From contig NC_068992.1 in the NCBI RefSeq assembly GCF_001194135.2, forward strand, positions 22,161,307 through 22,225,306: a DNA stretch of 64,000 nt, in the 5' to 3' direction. Below are positions 1 to 12,700 of the stretch, one piece after another. The position numbers and the translations under genes were made by a program. The notes beneath the pieces are model-generated. The model had not been told where the DNA came from, did not search any database, and saw nothing but the letters and a program-made list of their open reading frames with translations. The first letter of the stretch is position 1; each line of letters starts with the position of its first letter. The DNA is from Octopus bimaculoides. Taxonomy: Eukaryota.

Positions 1-127
1 ATATATATACGGCGGCTTTCACTGTTTTCGTTTACCAAATTCATTCACAACACATTGGTCGGCCTGGGGCTATATTAGGCGACACTTCGCCCAGTGTGCC
101 GCACAGTGCGACTGAATCTGAAACTGC
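1..127 (-). mobile_element. Family A tRNA-derived SINE, 5' half (partial)
   Basis: Diverged reverse complement of the 5' half of the full copy at 2821-3230 (accaaattcattcacaa...ttggtcggcctggggctata...actgaatctgaaac). Confidence 0.7.
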
Positions 128-778
128 TTTTCAAGCATACTTAGATACACATAAGTTCATAGGTATACATATACCTATACATGCACACTTATGTCTAAAT
201 ATGTATTTATCTCTATACCTATTTACGTTACTATACCTATTAACACAATAATAAAATAACTCCAACATTTGATAATTCTTGTTCCTATTTCGACTTGTTT
301 GAATGGTATTGTAACTACATTATCATACTTTAATTTTATTTTTCTTGCGGGGAAAACAAGAAAATTATCTTCTCATTGTTCTGCTTGTTCACATAAAATC
401 ATTGATTGTAGACACCACTTACCATATATCACCGACTAAATAAAGAATGGAGCACATCTTTATTACCAAGGGCGAGTTACAAGTGTAGAAGGACCTATGG
501 GCTTCACACATATGCTGAGAAAAATAATGAATCTTTAATTTTATAAATTTACCGATATGGAATTTGTATTAAATTATTGTTTTGGTCTTAAGGCCATTTT
601 TGCTTTTGTTATAAGGGTTTTGGATGAGTTCGTCTGTTGGTGGTGGTTTCAGATCGGAACGAGACTTAAAACAGGCTTAAATGAGAGGATGCAGGTTGTG
701 GGAGAGTTATTGGTGATGTAAAAATTAAGTCAGCTGACATCGCGAAAAATACAAACAATGAGCGTTATTCTTGATATT

Positions 779-1002
779 GATGGGGATGATGATGATGGTG
801 GTGATAATGAAGATGATGACGATGATGATGACGACGACAATGATGATGACGACAATGGTGATGAAGATAATAATGAAGAAGATAATGACGATGACGATGA
901 TGATGATGACGACGATGGGGATGTTAATGTTGATTGCGAAAATGATGATGATGATGGTGGTGACGATGATGACGGTATTGATGATAATGATGATGATGGA
1001 AA
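779..1002. repeat. (GAT/GAC)n trinucleotide low-complexity tract
   Basis: Direct reading. It produces the poly-D, poly-M and poly-S ORFs at 730-1153. Confidence 0.9.
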
Positions 1003-1489
1003 TGTTGCAGCTATTTTTGAAATAACGTGTCTCGAAGCAGCTCCTATGTTTCTATTTATTTTACTCCCCACCCATCATATAGGTTACAATCGATGTGTTT
1101 ATTTTATTGTTATACCGAGAAAGAAGAAGAGGAGGAATGGGAGGCAGAGTTAAATTGTTATATATCTTACCTCCTCAGGGGGAATACATTCTATATATTG
1201 GTGAAATTAAATTATTCCTATATTTTTACTATATATCCAATCTTACTTTTTTGCTTTTAATATTCTCAGCATTAACTATGCTTTCGCCTAATTAGCTATT
1301 AGACATCATATTAATGAAATTCTAGAAAAATGTTTGTTTTCATTCATTCTCTTTATTAGCACAACAAACAAATATATCTGTATATATACCTAATGATTCG
1401 TTCCTAATACACTAATACGCCAATTACAGTGAATCTGTACTTCAGCTGAAGAGTTTTAATAGAACGGAATGAGCCTGATGTTGTGTCCC

Positions 1490-1700
1490 TTACTTGCTAA
1501 CTTACATACTTACGTAAGCCCTTCGCTCTCTGTGGAGCATAGACCTTCGACAACTTTTCTCTACTGTTATCAATTCAGGGTTGTCTTTTCCGTTTCTCTT
1601 CATCTGAATCCCTGCTTTTTCAGCTCTTCCTCATATTTTCTCCTGAGGGTAGGCGTTTCTCTCCCAGATTTTGCTGGTTTTCAATTCTCATCGATGCTTC
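1490..1700 (-). mobile_element. RTE-clade LINE 3' end remnant with (GTAA)n-like tail
   Basis: Minus strand gives degenerate EEELKKQG...EGLCSTES, resembling the RTE ORF C-terminus, followed by gtaagtatgtaagttagcaagtaa. Confidence 0.55.
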
Positions 1701-1784
1701 TGTAAATTTGCCCTTTTTTCTATGTAGTAATGTTGGCCCTACTCGAACCTATATTCATCTCTGAGAAGAAGTGATCCATATTTT

Positions 1785-1905
1785 AGTCTGGCCTCTATCT
1801 CTTGACCTCTCCAACGTAGGAGATCCTACTAGAAGATTGCCCTCCACTAGCACAGTTCTCAGGATTATGAGGCATTCAAGCCATCACACCACAGCAAAGA
1901 CTGGA
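1785..1905 (+). mobile_element. Possible RTE 5'-UTR-like fragment
   Basis: tctggcctctatctcttgacctctccaacgtaggagatcctactag...gcattcaagccatcacaccacagcaaag resembles RTE 5' leaders as I recall them. Not verified by search. Confidence 0.3.
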
Positions 1906-2455
1906 CCTTGTGGTTGTATACTTGCTAAGGTAAGGGGAAATTGTACTATACATCAGTTAATATAATTTTCCGTTTACCGTACGTCTAATCTTATTTGAGG
2001 TTTTAATGTTTAAGCATTAAATATGTCTTCACTCACATATCTGATATCTATTAAACTAATGGCGTCTCGGAATAATATTGTTTTCATTTGGTTGGCCTGA
2101 ATTAATTCATACGACATCGGACACGTTGATTAGTTTATTTTCAATTATGCAGACGAACGATGCCGTTGACAGCTGATAGATAGCCGAGATATCATCGCAG
2201 TAAAGTATGTGAAATCTGCCAATTAGATATTTGAGCTAAAATACATTTTAACCCCATGATGTCGGTCAGAAAAGCGATCAACTGAAGGAAATCAAAACAG
2301 GTTTTCAATCAAGCACTCAATTATTTCTTACAAGCCAATTTATGATCGTTGAAAAGACTGAAGCTGCCTCCACCCGACCAATGCTAGTGAAACTTAATTC
2401 TAGAAAATGATCTCCGCAAATTCCCGCTGGGTAAATCTTAAGTTTATTTGCATTG

Positions 2456-2524
2456 TTTTATTCTATATTACATTCTTTTATTCTATATTACGTTCTTTTA
2501 TTCTATATTACATTCTTTTATTCT
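2456..2524. repeat. 20-bp minisatellite, ~3.5 copies
   Basis: Unit ttttattctatattacattc (the second copy has cgttc). Confidence 0.9.
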
Positions 2525-2820
2525 GTGTATTCATAAGATACGTGCTCCTCCCCTCAAGTAACTTTGATGAAGTTTCCTTCAGCATATTTAATCAGTGATA
2601 GCCTTGTGATTAAGAGAAGATTTGCTTTGTCATGAGTTGGTTCTTAGTTCGATCCAACTGCACAGAAGCTTGAACAAGTGTCTTCTACTGTATTCAATCT
2701 CTTGAGCCGAGTTTGGTTGTTTGTTGGAAACGGCGTGATAGCCCATAGTGTATGGCTGTGTATGCGAGCGTGTATGTGAGTAATTGTATACATACATACA
2801 TACATACATACATACATACA

Positions 2821-3230
2821 GGCGCAGGAGTGGCTGTGTGGTAAATAACTTGCTTACCAACCACATGGTTCCGGGTTCATTCCTACTGCGTGGCACCTAG
2901 GGCAAGTGTCTTCTACTATAGCCCCGAGCCGACCAAAGCCTTGTGAGTGGATTTGGTAGACAGAAACTGAAAGAAGCCTGTCGTATATATGTATATATGT
3001 ATGTAAGTGTGTGTATATGTTTGTGTGTCTGCGTTTGTCTTCTCAGCATCGCTTGACAACCCATAGTGGTGTATTTACGTCCCCGTAACTTAGCGGTTCG
3101 GAAAAAGAGACCGATAGAATAAGTACTATGCTTCCAAAGAATAAGTCCTGGGGTCGATTTGTTCGACTAAAAGGCGGTGCTCCAGCATGGCCGCAGTCAA
3201 ATGACTGAAACAAGTAAAAGAGTAAAAGAG
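2821..3230 (+). mobile_element. Family A SINE, full length (~410 bp) with internal TG/TA microsatellite
   Basis: tRNA-like head with A-box-like tggctgtgtgg and B-box-like gggttcattcc, central microsatellite, and 3' end ...ggcggtgctccagcatggccgcagtc...aagtaaaagag. Both flanks are tata(cata)n. Many homologues in the window. Confidence 0.85.
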
Positions 3231-3296
3231 TATACATACATACATACATACATACGTACATACATACGTATATACATACATATGGCTAGAAACAGG

Positions 3297-3382
<86 letters not shown>

Positions 3383-3639
3383 GTGTGTGTGTATGAAGGC
3401 AAATGGCTTAGTGGTTAGGGTGTTGCACTCACGATAGAAATATCGTAGCTTTGCAGTATCCTTGAGCAAAGCATTTCACTGCACGTTGCTCTATTTGTTC
3501 CTTCGCCATCTGATGTGTTGTGGAACAACGTGCATCTTCACAAGCGATATCGATTCAATGGAGCGTTTCAGCTAATGCACAGCACAAATATTTGATCTCT
3601 ATAAACAAAATCATCCTTGCGGCTTGTTTCACAAAAAGT

Positions 3640-4285
3640 AGCGGAACCCTCATCCGTCGTCTACGACNNNNNNNNNNNNNNNNNNNNNNNNNNNNNNNNN
3701 NNNNNNNNNNNNNNNNNNNNNNNNNNNNNNNNNNNNNNNNNNNNNNNNNNNNNNNNNNNNNNNNNNNGTCCAGTTTTGATTTGAAAACACCTACATCCAC
3801 TTTGTGTAGGTCCCTCACTCTCTTTGGGAGAAATTTAAAAAGCTGTAGTACCCTGAAACTTACTGTTGCAGTAACTGGTTCTGAAGCGCGATGGCATTGC
3901 TGGGATCTTTGGCACTGTGCAGTGCTGACCCGTTCTGGCATTTGTGTAGCTTTCAATGCCAAAATGTAGCACAATCCATTCGAGGATCTTCCAGATGTAT
4001 ATTACTGCATACCTCTCCCGCCTTCTCTCCAGGGAGTAGAGTCTTAGCTGTTTCAGCCTTTCCCTGTAGCTGAGTGTTGCAATGAGACAATCTTCTTTGT
4101 GAATCTTCTCTGGATTGCTTTAAGGTCCGCTATTAATTTTACGCTGTTGGGTGACCATAGCTGGGAGCAGTAACCCAGGCGGCTGAAGATAAATGTCCTC
4201 CAGAGGACCATCATGGTTTCCTTTTCTCTGATTATGAACGTTCTGAGGATCCATCCAGCCAGTCGTCTGCACAAAATTTTTCAAA
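3640..4285 (-). mobile_element. CR1/L2-group non-LTR retrotransposon, ORF2 C-terminal remnant (spans a 100-N gap)
   Basis: Minus strand: CRRLAGWILRTF...SRLGYCSQLWSP...IQRRFTKKI, then (frameshift) YRERLKQLRLYSLERRRERYAVIYIWKILE, then FRVLQLFKFLPKRVRDL...FKSKLD. Confidence 0.85.
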
Positions 4286-5140
4286 GAGAATGTAAACGAA
4301 GAGATCGTTGTGAGAAAAAAAAAAAAAAAAATGAAGAAAACGATAATGAAAAAAAGAAGAGGTTTCGTGACGTATTTGCTACCGTAAGTTTTCAAATAGA
4401 ATGTAAACAAACAATTCAACTTATCTCAAATTTTCATCTGGTATTACCTAAGATAAAACAAAATAAACAACAAAATCATTAGGATGCTTATTCCCAAGCG
4501 GTAAAATTCCAATCCTTGTTCTTGCAGAAAAAGGTTTTGTTTCAAAGAAATATCGATTACTCTTTACACACGACCGCTAATGAAAGTACAATTTTTTCAC
4601 AACGTACTTTCTTTGAGAATAACTCTGGCTTGCGTCACTGACTTTAACGTAATATATTGAACTTTTAGTGTAATTTATTAATTTTTTTCACTAATATATT
4701 ATAGTAAACCGTTATGACATATCAAGTACTACGTTTGTTTTTTGTCAGTTTTAGCAGATTTTTCGACAATTTAAGGAATCTCTCTTGGTTGTTTCAGGAG
4801 CACGAAAAGCACATCTTTCCACAAAGAAACCGGAAGTACATATATGCATAATATATANNNNNNNNNNNNNNNNNNNNNNNNNNNNNNNNNNNNNNNNNNN
4901 NNNNNNNNNNNNNNNNNNNNNNNNNNNNNNNNNNNNNNNNNNNNNNNNNNNNNNNNNNNNNNNNNNNNNNNNNNNNNNNNNNNNNNNNNNNNNNNNNNNN
5001 NNNNNNNNNNNNNNNNNNNNNNNNNNNNNNNNNNNNNNNNNNNNNNNNNNNNNNNNNNNNNNNNNNNNNNNNNNNNNNNNNNNNNNNNNNNNNNNNNNNN
5101 NNNNNNNNNNNNNNNNNNNNNNNNNNNNNNNNNNNNNNNN

Positions 5141-5450
5141 GTGCGTTGTGAGTGTTTATTGAGCGAAAACACCTAAAGCTCCACGAGGCTCCGGCAGGGG
5201 ATGGTAGCGAATCCTGCAGTACTCTTTCACCACAACTTTCTCTCACTCTTACTTCCTGTTTCTGTTGTGCCTGTGATTCAAAGGGTCAGCCTTGTCACAC
5301 TGTATCACGCTGAATATCCCCGAGAACTACGTTAAGGGTACACGTGTCTGTGGAGTGCTCAGCCACTTGCACGTTAATTTCACGAGCAGACTGTTCCGTT
5401 GATCGGATCAACTGGAACCCTCGACGTCGTAAGCGACGGAGTGCCAACAC
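5141..5450 (+). mobile_element. SINE H1+T1 type, 5' end lost in gap
   Basis: Highly similar to 41602-41991. Ends gtcgtaagcgacggagtgccaacac. Confidence 0.85.
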
Positions 5451-5869
5451 CATATAAAATATATATAAAACATATAAAAAAAGTATATATATGATGTATG
5501 CATGTAGGCCAATACATCATTGACTCTCAAATTAAGGAAAGAAAAAAGCATAAAAGAGAAAAAAAGAGAAAACTGTGCACTGAGTTAATGAGGAAAAACA
5601 AGAAAAAAAAAGAGACATCTCATTGTTTCTCTGAACACGTTCCATGTTGACGTATACTTGATAAAGCCACGTGAGATTATGTGAAAAGTAACAAAATACA
5701 GGCTGCGATGATACAGTAGAAATTGGTAAATGGAAAACAAGTAATCAAGAAAAAGAATAAATAAACAGAAAAAGATCAAATTGAAAATTGCCAGAAACTT
5801 CCCGTTGAGAATTTTTCTATGGCGGATCTGTTTTATGAAACTAAGTCAGTGAGATTTTCGATTTTTGCA

Positions 5870-6324
5870 TCACATGGTTGTGTGGTTAAGAAGATAGTTT
5901 TGCAGCCACGTGGTTTCGGGTTCACTCCCACTGCGCAGTTCCTTGGGCAAGCGTCCTTCTACTGTAGCTCCTGGTCGACCAATACCTTGTGAGTGAATCT
6001 GGTAGACGGAAACTGTGGGGAAACCTATCATGTATATATATATATGCGTGCGCGTATGTGTGTGTGTATGTATGTATGTATGTACGTACGTACGTATGTA
6101 TGTATGTATGGATGTATGTATGTATGTATGTATGTACGTGTGTGTGTTTGACTTCCACCGCCGTTGGTTTGTTTACGTCCCCGTAACTTGGCGGTTCGGC
6201 AAAAGTGTCCAATAGAGGACGTGAAAAAATAAAGTACAGGGATCGAATCATCCGACTAAACCCTTCAAATCAGTACCCCTGCATGGTTACAGTCCAACGG
6301 CTGAAACAAGTAAACAGATAAAAT
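5870..6324 (+). mobile_element. Family A SINE, full length, diverged
   Basis: Same bipartite layout as 2821-3230, with a (TATG)n core. Confidence 0.8.
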
Positions 6325-7040
6325 GTAAGTCGTATGTTCAGAGATAATTTCGTATCTTTTCGTTGATAGTTTATAATTCCCAAACTGTTCAAATTCTCTT
6401 GAGTTACAACTGTAAGAGAACGTTCAAAGGACTTAAGTCCATGTTACTATTAGTGAAAGGGCACTGAGGAGCTGCAGCTGGTACCGAGCCGTTCAATTAA
6501 TTCTAAGCAAACGATTCATTCTGAATTGTTTGGCTTACTCATTTTCGCAATCACAATTAATCCAACATCACCGAATAAAGTTTACGCTGAAGGCTTTTTT
6601 CAATATAAAACGGCGAGTGCATACAGGATAGAAATAATTACATTCATGCGGCAAAACTCAGCAAAGCTTGGGAATCTTTGCTAACAACTTCCTCTATTAT
6701 CACAAGATTGCATGCAAACACTAGTCAATAGGAAAAAGTGCTGAAGGCAGATCTGGTCATCCTTTTATAATAGAGTAATTAATTTTGTCCATTATTTGAA
6801 ACTGTTCATTCCTTGAATAATTACGAAATGTCTGGCATTAGTAACTAGGATTTCATTTGTTCGATACATGTAGCCTGTATTAAATGATTATTCTAACAGC
6901 TTGGAAATCTGCCGAGAAAGCCTTAGTTTTCGGTATCTATACTGAGTACTTTACCAGATACCGTAACATTACGACCCGTAGTGCAATTCTTATAGCCTGC
7001 AAATCAGCTCTTACTAGCTGGGGATGATTAATCTCCACCT

Positions 7041-7346
7041 GTTGGTGTTGTTTGTTCCTTTATGAGCCACACCTGGCGCATAAGGGCCGGTTTCCCTGTT
7101 TCATTGGCGTATAACTTCCCCACCTGGACGGAACGCCGGTCCTTTACAGGTGCATTGCTAGATGCAAGAGGAAAGAGTAAAAGTTGTGGCGAAAGAGTGA
7201 GCAGATGTTCGCAATTACCTTCTGGTGGAACCACGTGGAGCTTAGGTGTTTCGCTCATAAACACACACATCGCTCGGTCTGAGATTCGAACTCATGATCC
7301 CTCGACCGCGAGTCCGCTGCTCTAACCACTAGATCCATGTGCCTCC
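7041..7346 (-). mobile_element. SINE H1+T2 type, full length with 14-bp TSD
   Basis: attaatctccacct occurs at 7027-7040 and 7347-7360. Minus-strand head ggaggcacatggatctagtggttagagcagcggactcgcggtc with B box gagttcgaatc; (CAA)-like tail. Confidence 0.9.
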
Positions 7347-8739
7347 ATTAATCTCCACCTACTTTCTCATAATAAAACAAAGTCTATTTTCTCACCCAAA
7401 AAAATAGACTTTACTTTATTATAAATGGTAGCTTTTTATTTTAATAGAATGTTTTTGTAATGATTCAAGTCGTCCATTCCTAATGTAAACCTCATTTATT
7501 CCACAAATTTACCACGAGAGCAACTCTGTTGTGTCATACATACTCTTGTAGCTTGCAGTATTAAACAAATTTTCTTATATTCTCTACAATCGTCGTTAGT
7601 CGACGGCGGAAAGTCTTAAGCCCAAGGAAGACTAATCCAGCCTCCATCACCTTCCATTAGGCGAGTTACTTTTAATCATTATCTTCTCAGGTAATGGATC
7701 GGTGCGATTGCTTGTTAATTTAAGCACTTGGCTTCACTAATTTATTCTAATCTGATACATTTTACATAGTGATTAATCCATCTTGATAAATAATTGCCGT
7801 CTCCTAGTGCTTCCTCTTTGTTAATGGCAATTTTGACATTCTGCCCATGACCTCTCAGATGACAGCTCAATTCAGCTGTACATTTGCATGGTTTGAAGCA
7901 TAGGTGATAGACGAAAGTTGTAACTTACTCTACAACTTACTTGTTAGGCCTGCACATGTCGCAGCTCTTCCATCGGCAGAGAACTTTCAGTAGATAGAAT
8001 GACAAACGAGATAACCATTAAGAGACATCTGTATGTCAATGAAATTATAGTGATAAATGCATGTACAACCAAAAGTACTACTCTCTGAGTCTCCGCGATC
8101 AGCATCTTGTGACAGGACGAAGCAAGATGACCAGTGACCATGTGAAACCGCGTCCCTCGCATAGAACGATGCTGTGACAACCAATGGGGATATTCCTCGC
8201 TCCTGGTGGTTTTACTGTGCACCGTAATGCCAACCGATAGGACCTCTGTATACATACATGCATACATATATAGGTCCATTCATCAACCCAGCCACACATC
8301 GATCGATCGATCGATCGATCCATCCATCCATCCATCCATCCAGCAAGCCAGTGATCTGCTCTTTTTAAATTTTGCTATTGAGCAATGATAACTTCACATT
8401 AAAATAATAAAATATTCTATGGATAGTAAACACTTTGGAATAGCAAGCAAACACTGCTGATAATAACTATAAATTCTTAAAATATCTGTTGAAACAGTTA
8501 AATAACATTTTTAATTTGTAAACGAATAATCACTGTACTAATTATTATATGTAAACAAAATGTAAAAAAAAATCATGTTTGTAAACGCTCACCTCAGCTT
8601 TGACCTGATTGGTCAAAATTAGGCTGGTGACGCAAGCGAAAATAAAATCGGTTTAGGTAAATTTCAACCCAAGATTGCTGTTAATTATTATAAATCAAAC
8701 CAGCATAGAAGCAAAACAGCCTGTATATGCGTGATTCAT

Positions 8740-9420
8740 TTATCTTTCACTTGTCTCAGTCATTGGACTGTGGCCTTGCTGGGGCACCACCTCGATGAAT
8801 TTTTAGTCGTATGAATCGACACCAGTGTTTTTGTTTTTTTGTTAAGCTTGGTACTTGTTATATCGGATTCTTTCGCCGAACCGCTAAATTACGGGATGTA
8901 AACACACCAAGGCTGGCTGTCAAGCGGTGGTGGGGGGGGACAAACAGACACAAAGGCCCACACACACACACACGTGCGCGCGCACAGGCACAGGCACACG
9001 CACACACATATGATGGACTCACTCGTTGAAGACGCCGTATGACCATTCAGCTTTTGCCGAATGACCTGCACAAATGATTTATTTATAGTGATCAAATGTT
9101 CGTGCCGCAAATTAGGTCACTCCCTCCATTAAATGAATGTTACCTGAACAGGTGCACACTGTGTGCCACGCGTCAGCCCAAGAGCACAACGCACCATCCG
9201 GTCTAAGAATTGAACTCACGATCGCTAGAGCAACACCCTAACCACGAGGTCATGTGCCCTCATATATACATAATATACGTCTATCAAATCTACTCACAAT
9301 ACTTTGGTCTGCTCGAAGTTATAGTAGAAGATACTTGCCCAAGGTGCCATGAAGTGAGACTGAACCTGGAACCATGTGGTTGGGAAACAAGCTACTTACC
9401 ACCCAGCGACGCCTGCAGCT
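8740..9420 (-). mobile_element. Family A SINE interrupted by a nested SINE in its central microsatellite
   Basis: 3' half at ~8740-8975 and 5' half at ~9275-9420 are on the same strand. Confidence 0.75.
9010..9262 (-). mobile_element. Nested SINE, H2 head + T4 tail
   Basis: Minus-strand tRNA-like head (gtggttagggtgttgctc...gagttcaattc), then a tail ending ...cgtcttcaacgagtgagtccatcata, which is unlike T1-T3. Confidence 0.6.
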
Positions 9421-10012
9421 TTTCAATTATAATTTGCTTTTTTTTTACTAAAATTATTTCTTCCATAGAATGCAATCTTCTTTTCGTTGTGTTTATACAA
9501 AATGACAATGTATTGTCGTGTATTTATAAGTTGTAAAGATTAAATATCGAAGAAAAAAAAAATCCTTATAATTTCAATATTTTTGTTGAAAATACTAACA
9601 GATGTCTACAATAAAATGATTAAGAAACTGAAAGAAAACATAGCACTGTTTCAGAAGAAAGGCAATAATCATTTGAAATGATATGAGAGACTGGAATCGC
9701 AGTGGAATCCGTATTGAACTGGAAAAGTAATTTCAAAAATGATTCTCGAATAGAAATAAGTTTGAAAAAACAAATTTAGTGAAACTGAAGAACAGTGGAA
9801 ACTAAACACACACACACACACGCGCGCGCGCGCGCGCGCGGCAGTATGTGCTCGCGCGAACGCATTAAACATTGCAAACAAAAATGTAAAGGAAACTAGT
9901 TTGCTGGAGTGAAAATTATATTTTTTTTTTTCTGATCCTATAATCCTTTCCTAAACTTTACATTCATGCATATCTGTATGTATGTATACGCATATGCGTA
10001 CATGTATGCATA

Positions 10013-10050
<38 letters not shown>

Positions 10051-10802
10051 NNNNNNNNNNNNNNNNNNNNNNNNNNNNNNNNNNNNNNNNNNNNNNNNNN
10101 NNNNNNNNNNNNNNNNNNNNNNNNNNNNNNNNNNNNNNNNNNNNNNNNNNNNNNNNNNNNNNNNNNNNNNNNNNNNNNNNNNNNNNNNNNNNNNNNNNNN
10201 NNNNNNNNNNNNNNNNNNNNNNNNNNNNNNNNNNNNNNNNNNNNNNNNNNNNNNNNNNNNNNNNNNNNNNNNNNNNNNNNNNNNNNNNNNNNNNNNNNNN
10301 NNNNNNNNNNNNNNNNNNNNNNNNNNNNNNNNNNNNNNNNNNNNNNNNNNNNNNNNNNNNNNNNNNNNNNNNNNNNNNNNNNNNNNNNNNNNNNNNNNNN
10401 NNNNNNNNNNNNNNNNNNNNNNNNNNNNNNNNNNNNNNNNNNNNNNNNNNNNNNNNNNNNNNNNNNNNNNNNNNNNNNNNNNNNNNNNNNNNNNNNNNNN
10501 NNNNNNNNNNNNNNNNNNNNNNNNNNNNNNNNNNNNNNNNNNNNNNNNNNNNNNNNNNNNNNNNNNNNNNNNNNNNNNNNNNNNNNNNNNNNNNNNNNNN
10601 NNNNNNNNNNNNNNNNNNNNNNNNNNNNNNNNNNNNNNNNNNNNNNNNNNNNNNNNNNNNNNNNNNNNNNNNNNNNNNNNNNNNNNNNNNNNNNNNNNNN
10701 NNNNNNNNNNNNNNNNNNNNNNNNNNNNNNNNNNNNNNNNNNNNNNNNNNNNNNATATATATATATATATACATACACACACACAAATATATATATATAT
10801 AT

Positions 10803-10879
<77 letters not shown>

Positions 10880-10930
10880 CCCCCCCCCACATATATATAT
10901 ATATATATAGATAGATAGATACATATTATA

Positions 10931-11234
10931 GGTACTACGGCGATTACAACGATGAGTGTTCAAGTTGATCCGACCAACGGCACACCCTGGTCGTGTAATT
11001 AACGTGCAAGTGGCTGAGTACCATAAATCAGTTCTCAGGGAGAATCAGAGTGACACTGAATGCGTTAAAGCTGGCCCTTTGAAATATAGGGACTACTCAC
11101 CATTTTTGCCAGCTGAGTGGACTGGAATAGTAACGTGAAATAAAGTGTGTTGGTCAAGGACACAATGTGCCACCGGGAATCGAACTCACGATGCTACGAA
11201 CGTGAGCCGAATACCATTAAGCTACTCGCCTTCA
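10931..11234 (-). mobile_element. SINE H2 + CORE-like + T1 tail
   Basis: Head tgaaggcgagtagcttaatggt...gagttcgattccc; middle gtccttgaccaacacactttatttcacg...cactcagctggcaaaaatg; tail homologous to the 3' half of 41602-41991. Confidence 0.75.
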
Positions 11235-11313
11235 CACACATACTTACACACACACACACACCGTATGCTCATACAGACACACACTCACTCACTCACACAT
11301 ACACCACACACAC

Positions 11314-11344
<31 letters not shown>

Positions 11345-12275
11345 TACTCTCTTTTTAATCATTTGAAATCATACTGTAAGGAAGGAACTAGTTTCTAACA
11401 AAGGCATAAAGTTCCATTGTCAGAAGGTAAACAAAACAAACAAACAATCAAGAAACATAAATTCACATTCTGAACCTGAGAAAAGTCTTGCATATTTTCA
11501 CCGTTCCGCTTACAAACCGTATTTGTAAAGCGCGAATAAGCTGGTTGATTTTCTTTTTCTCACCCACCTCCAACTTAATTCAGATTGTCACTTAGTTACT
11601 TATTCAGGAAGCTAAATGCACCAACTATTATTGGTATAAATGTGAATTTATAATCTGAGTATAGAAGCTGAAGGCTTCGAAGCAGTTGACCATAATTGTC
11701 CTGTTTCTCTTTGCATGTTGTTGACTATCACTAATCCGGTCGCCAGTAATCCAGTTTTGCAGTTTATTCGGAAATTACTTTTGGTTCATTACACCTAACT
11801 GCCGCTAATATTTTTGGAATATTGGTTGCCGCATCAAGTTTTAGCGAAAACTCATAAACACTGTTAAGCCATCTTCACTCGTTTTTTTTTTTCATTTATT
11901 ATTATTATAAACGGCTGGAATTTTAGCCCCAACCTTGGTTCTAATGCATAGCAAAAGTGATTTATTTGGTGTCAGGTACAAACACCATATGTTGTCTGTA
12001 ACACGAATTTGAACTTTTGGCAAAAAAAAAAAAAAAAAGTTGTCTATGAGAACCTTGTGTGAATTATACAACGTTGGTTTTTCGAAAGAAACAGAAAGAA
12101 AAGATTTCTTCGCTTGTTTCTTTTACTTTTTACTGACTGAGAAGCAAAGAAAAAGATGTGTGTAACGAAAAAGTATATGACTGGAAAAGTTTTTAAATGT
12201 TTTCTTTACATATACAGATATAGAGTCGCTTATTCTCTTAATTTGCTTTGATTTATACACACACACACATAACCT

Positions 12276-12446
12276 TTTCTACTCTAAGCACAAAGCCCGA
12301 AATTTTTAGATCGACCCCAGTACGCAACTGGTACTTAATTTATCGACCCCGAAAGGATGAAAGGCAAAGTCGATCTGAGCGGAATTTGAACTCAGAACGA
12401 AACGGCAGACGAAATACCGTTAAGTATTTCACCCGGCGCAGTAACG
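12276..12446 (-). mobile_element. Family E SINE
   Basis: Reverse complement of ...ctgagttcaaattccg...gtcgactttgcctttcatcctttcggggtcgataaattaagtaccagttgcgtactggggtcgat. Confidence 0.85.
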
Positions 12447-12574
12447 AGTAGAGCAAAAATAAATCACATTGTAAGCTGGGCATGGAGTACCGACAGGATT
12501 ATATTATGTCACTGTAGAGGTTACCTCAGTGCAATCTAGGAGTGAGAAGTTCCAATCAAATACCAACTATATTC

Positions 12575-12700
12575 ATTCATCTATTCATTAATCCATCCAT
12601 TTTCTCCGCCCATTGTTTCTGGGAGGGTCGCTGGGGGAAGAGTTGTCAGGCACCTCTACGTATGATCCTATCGATCCTATCAGAAATAGCCATCCATCCA
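12575..12700 (-). mobile_element. RTE LINE extreme 3' end with (GGAT/GAAT)n tail
   Basis: Minus strand ccccagcgaccctcccagaaacaatgggcggagaaaatggatgg resembles the 3' end at 58295-58340. Confidence 0.5.
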
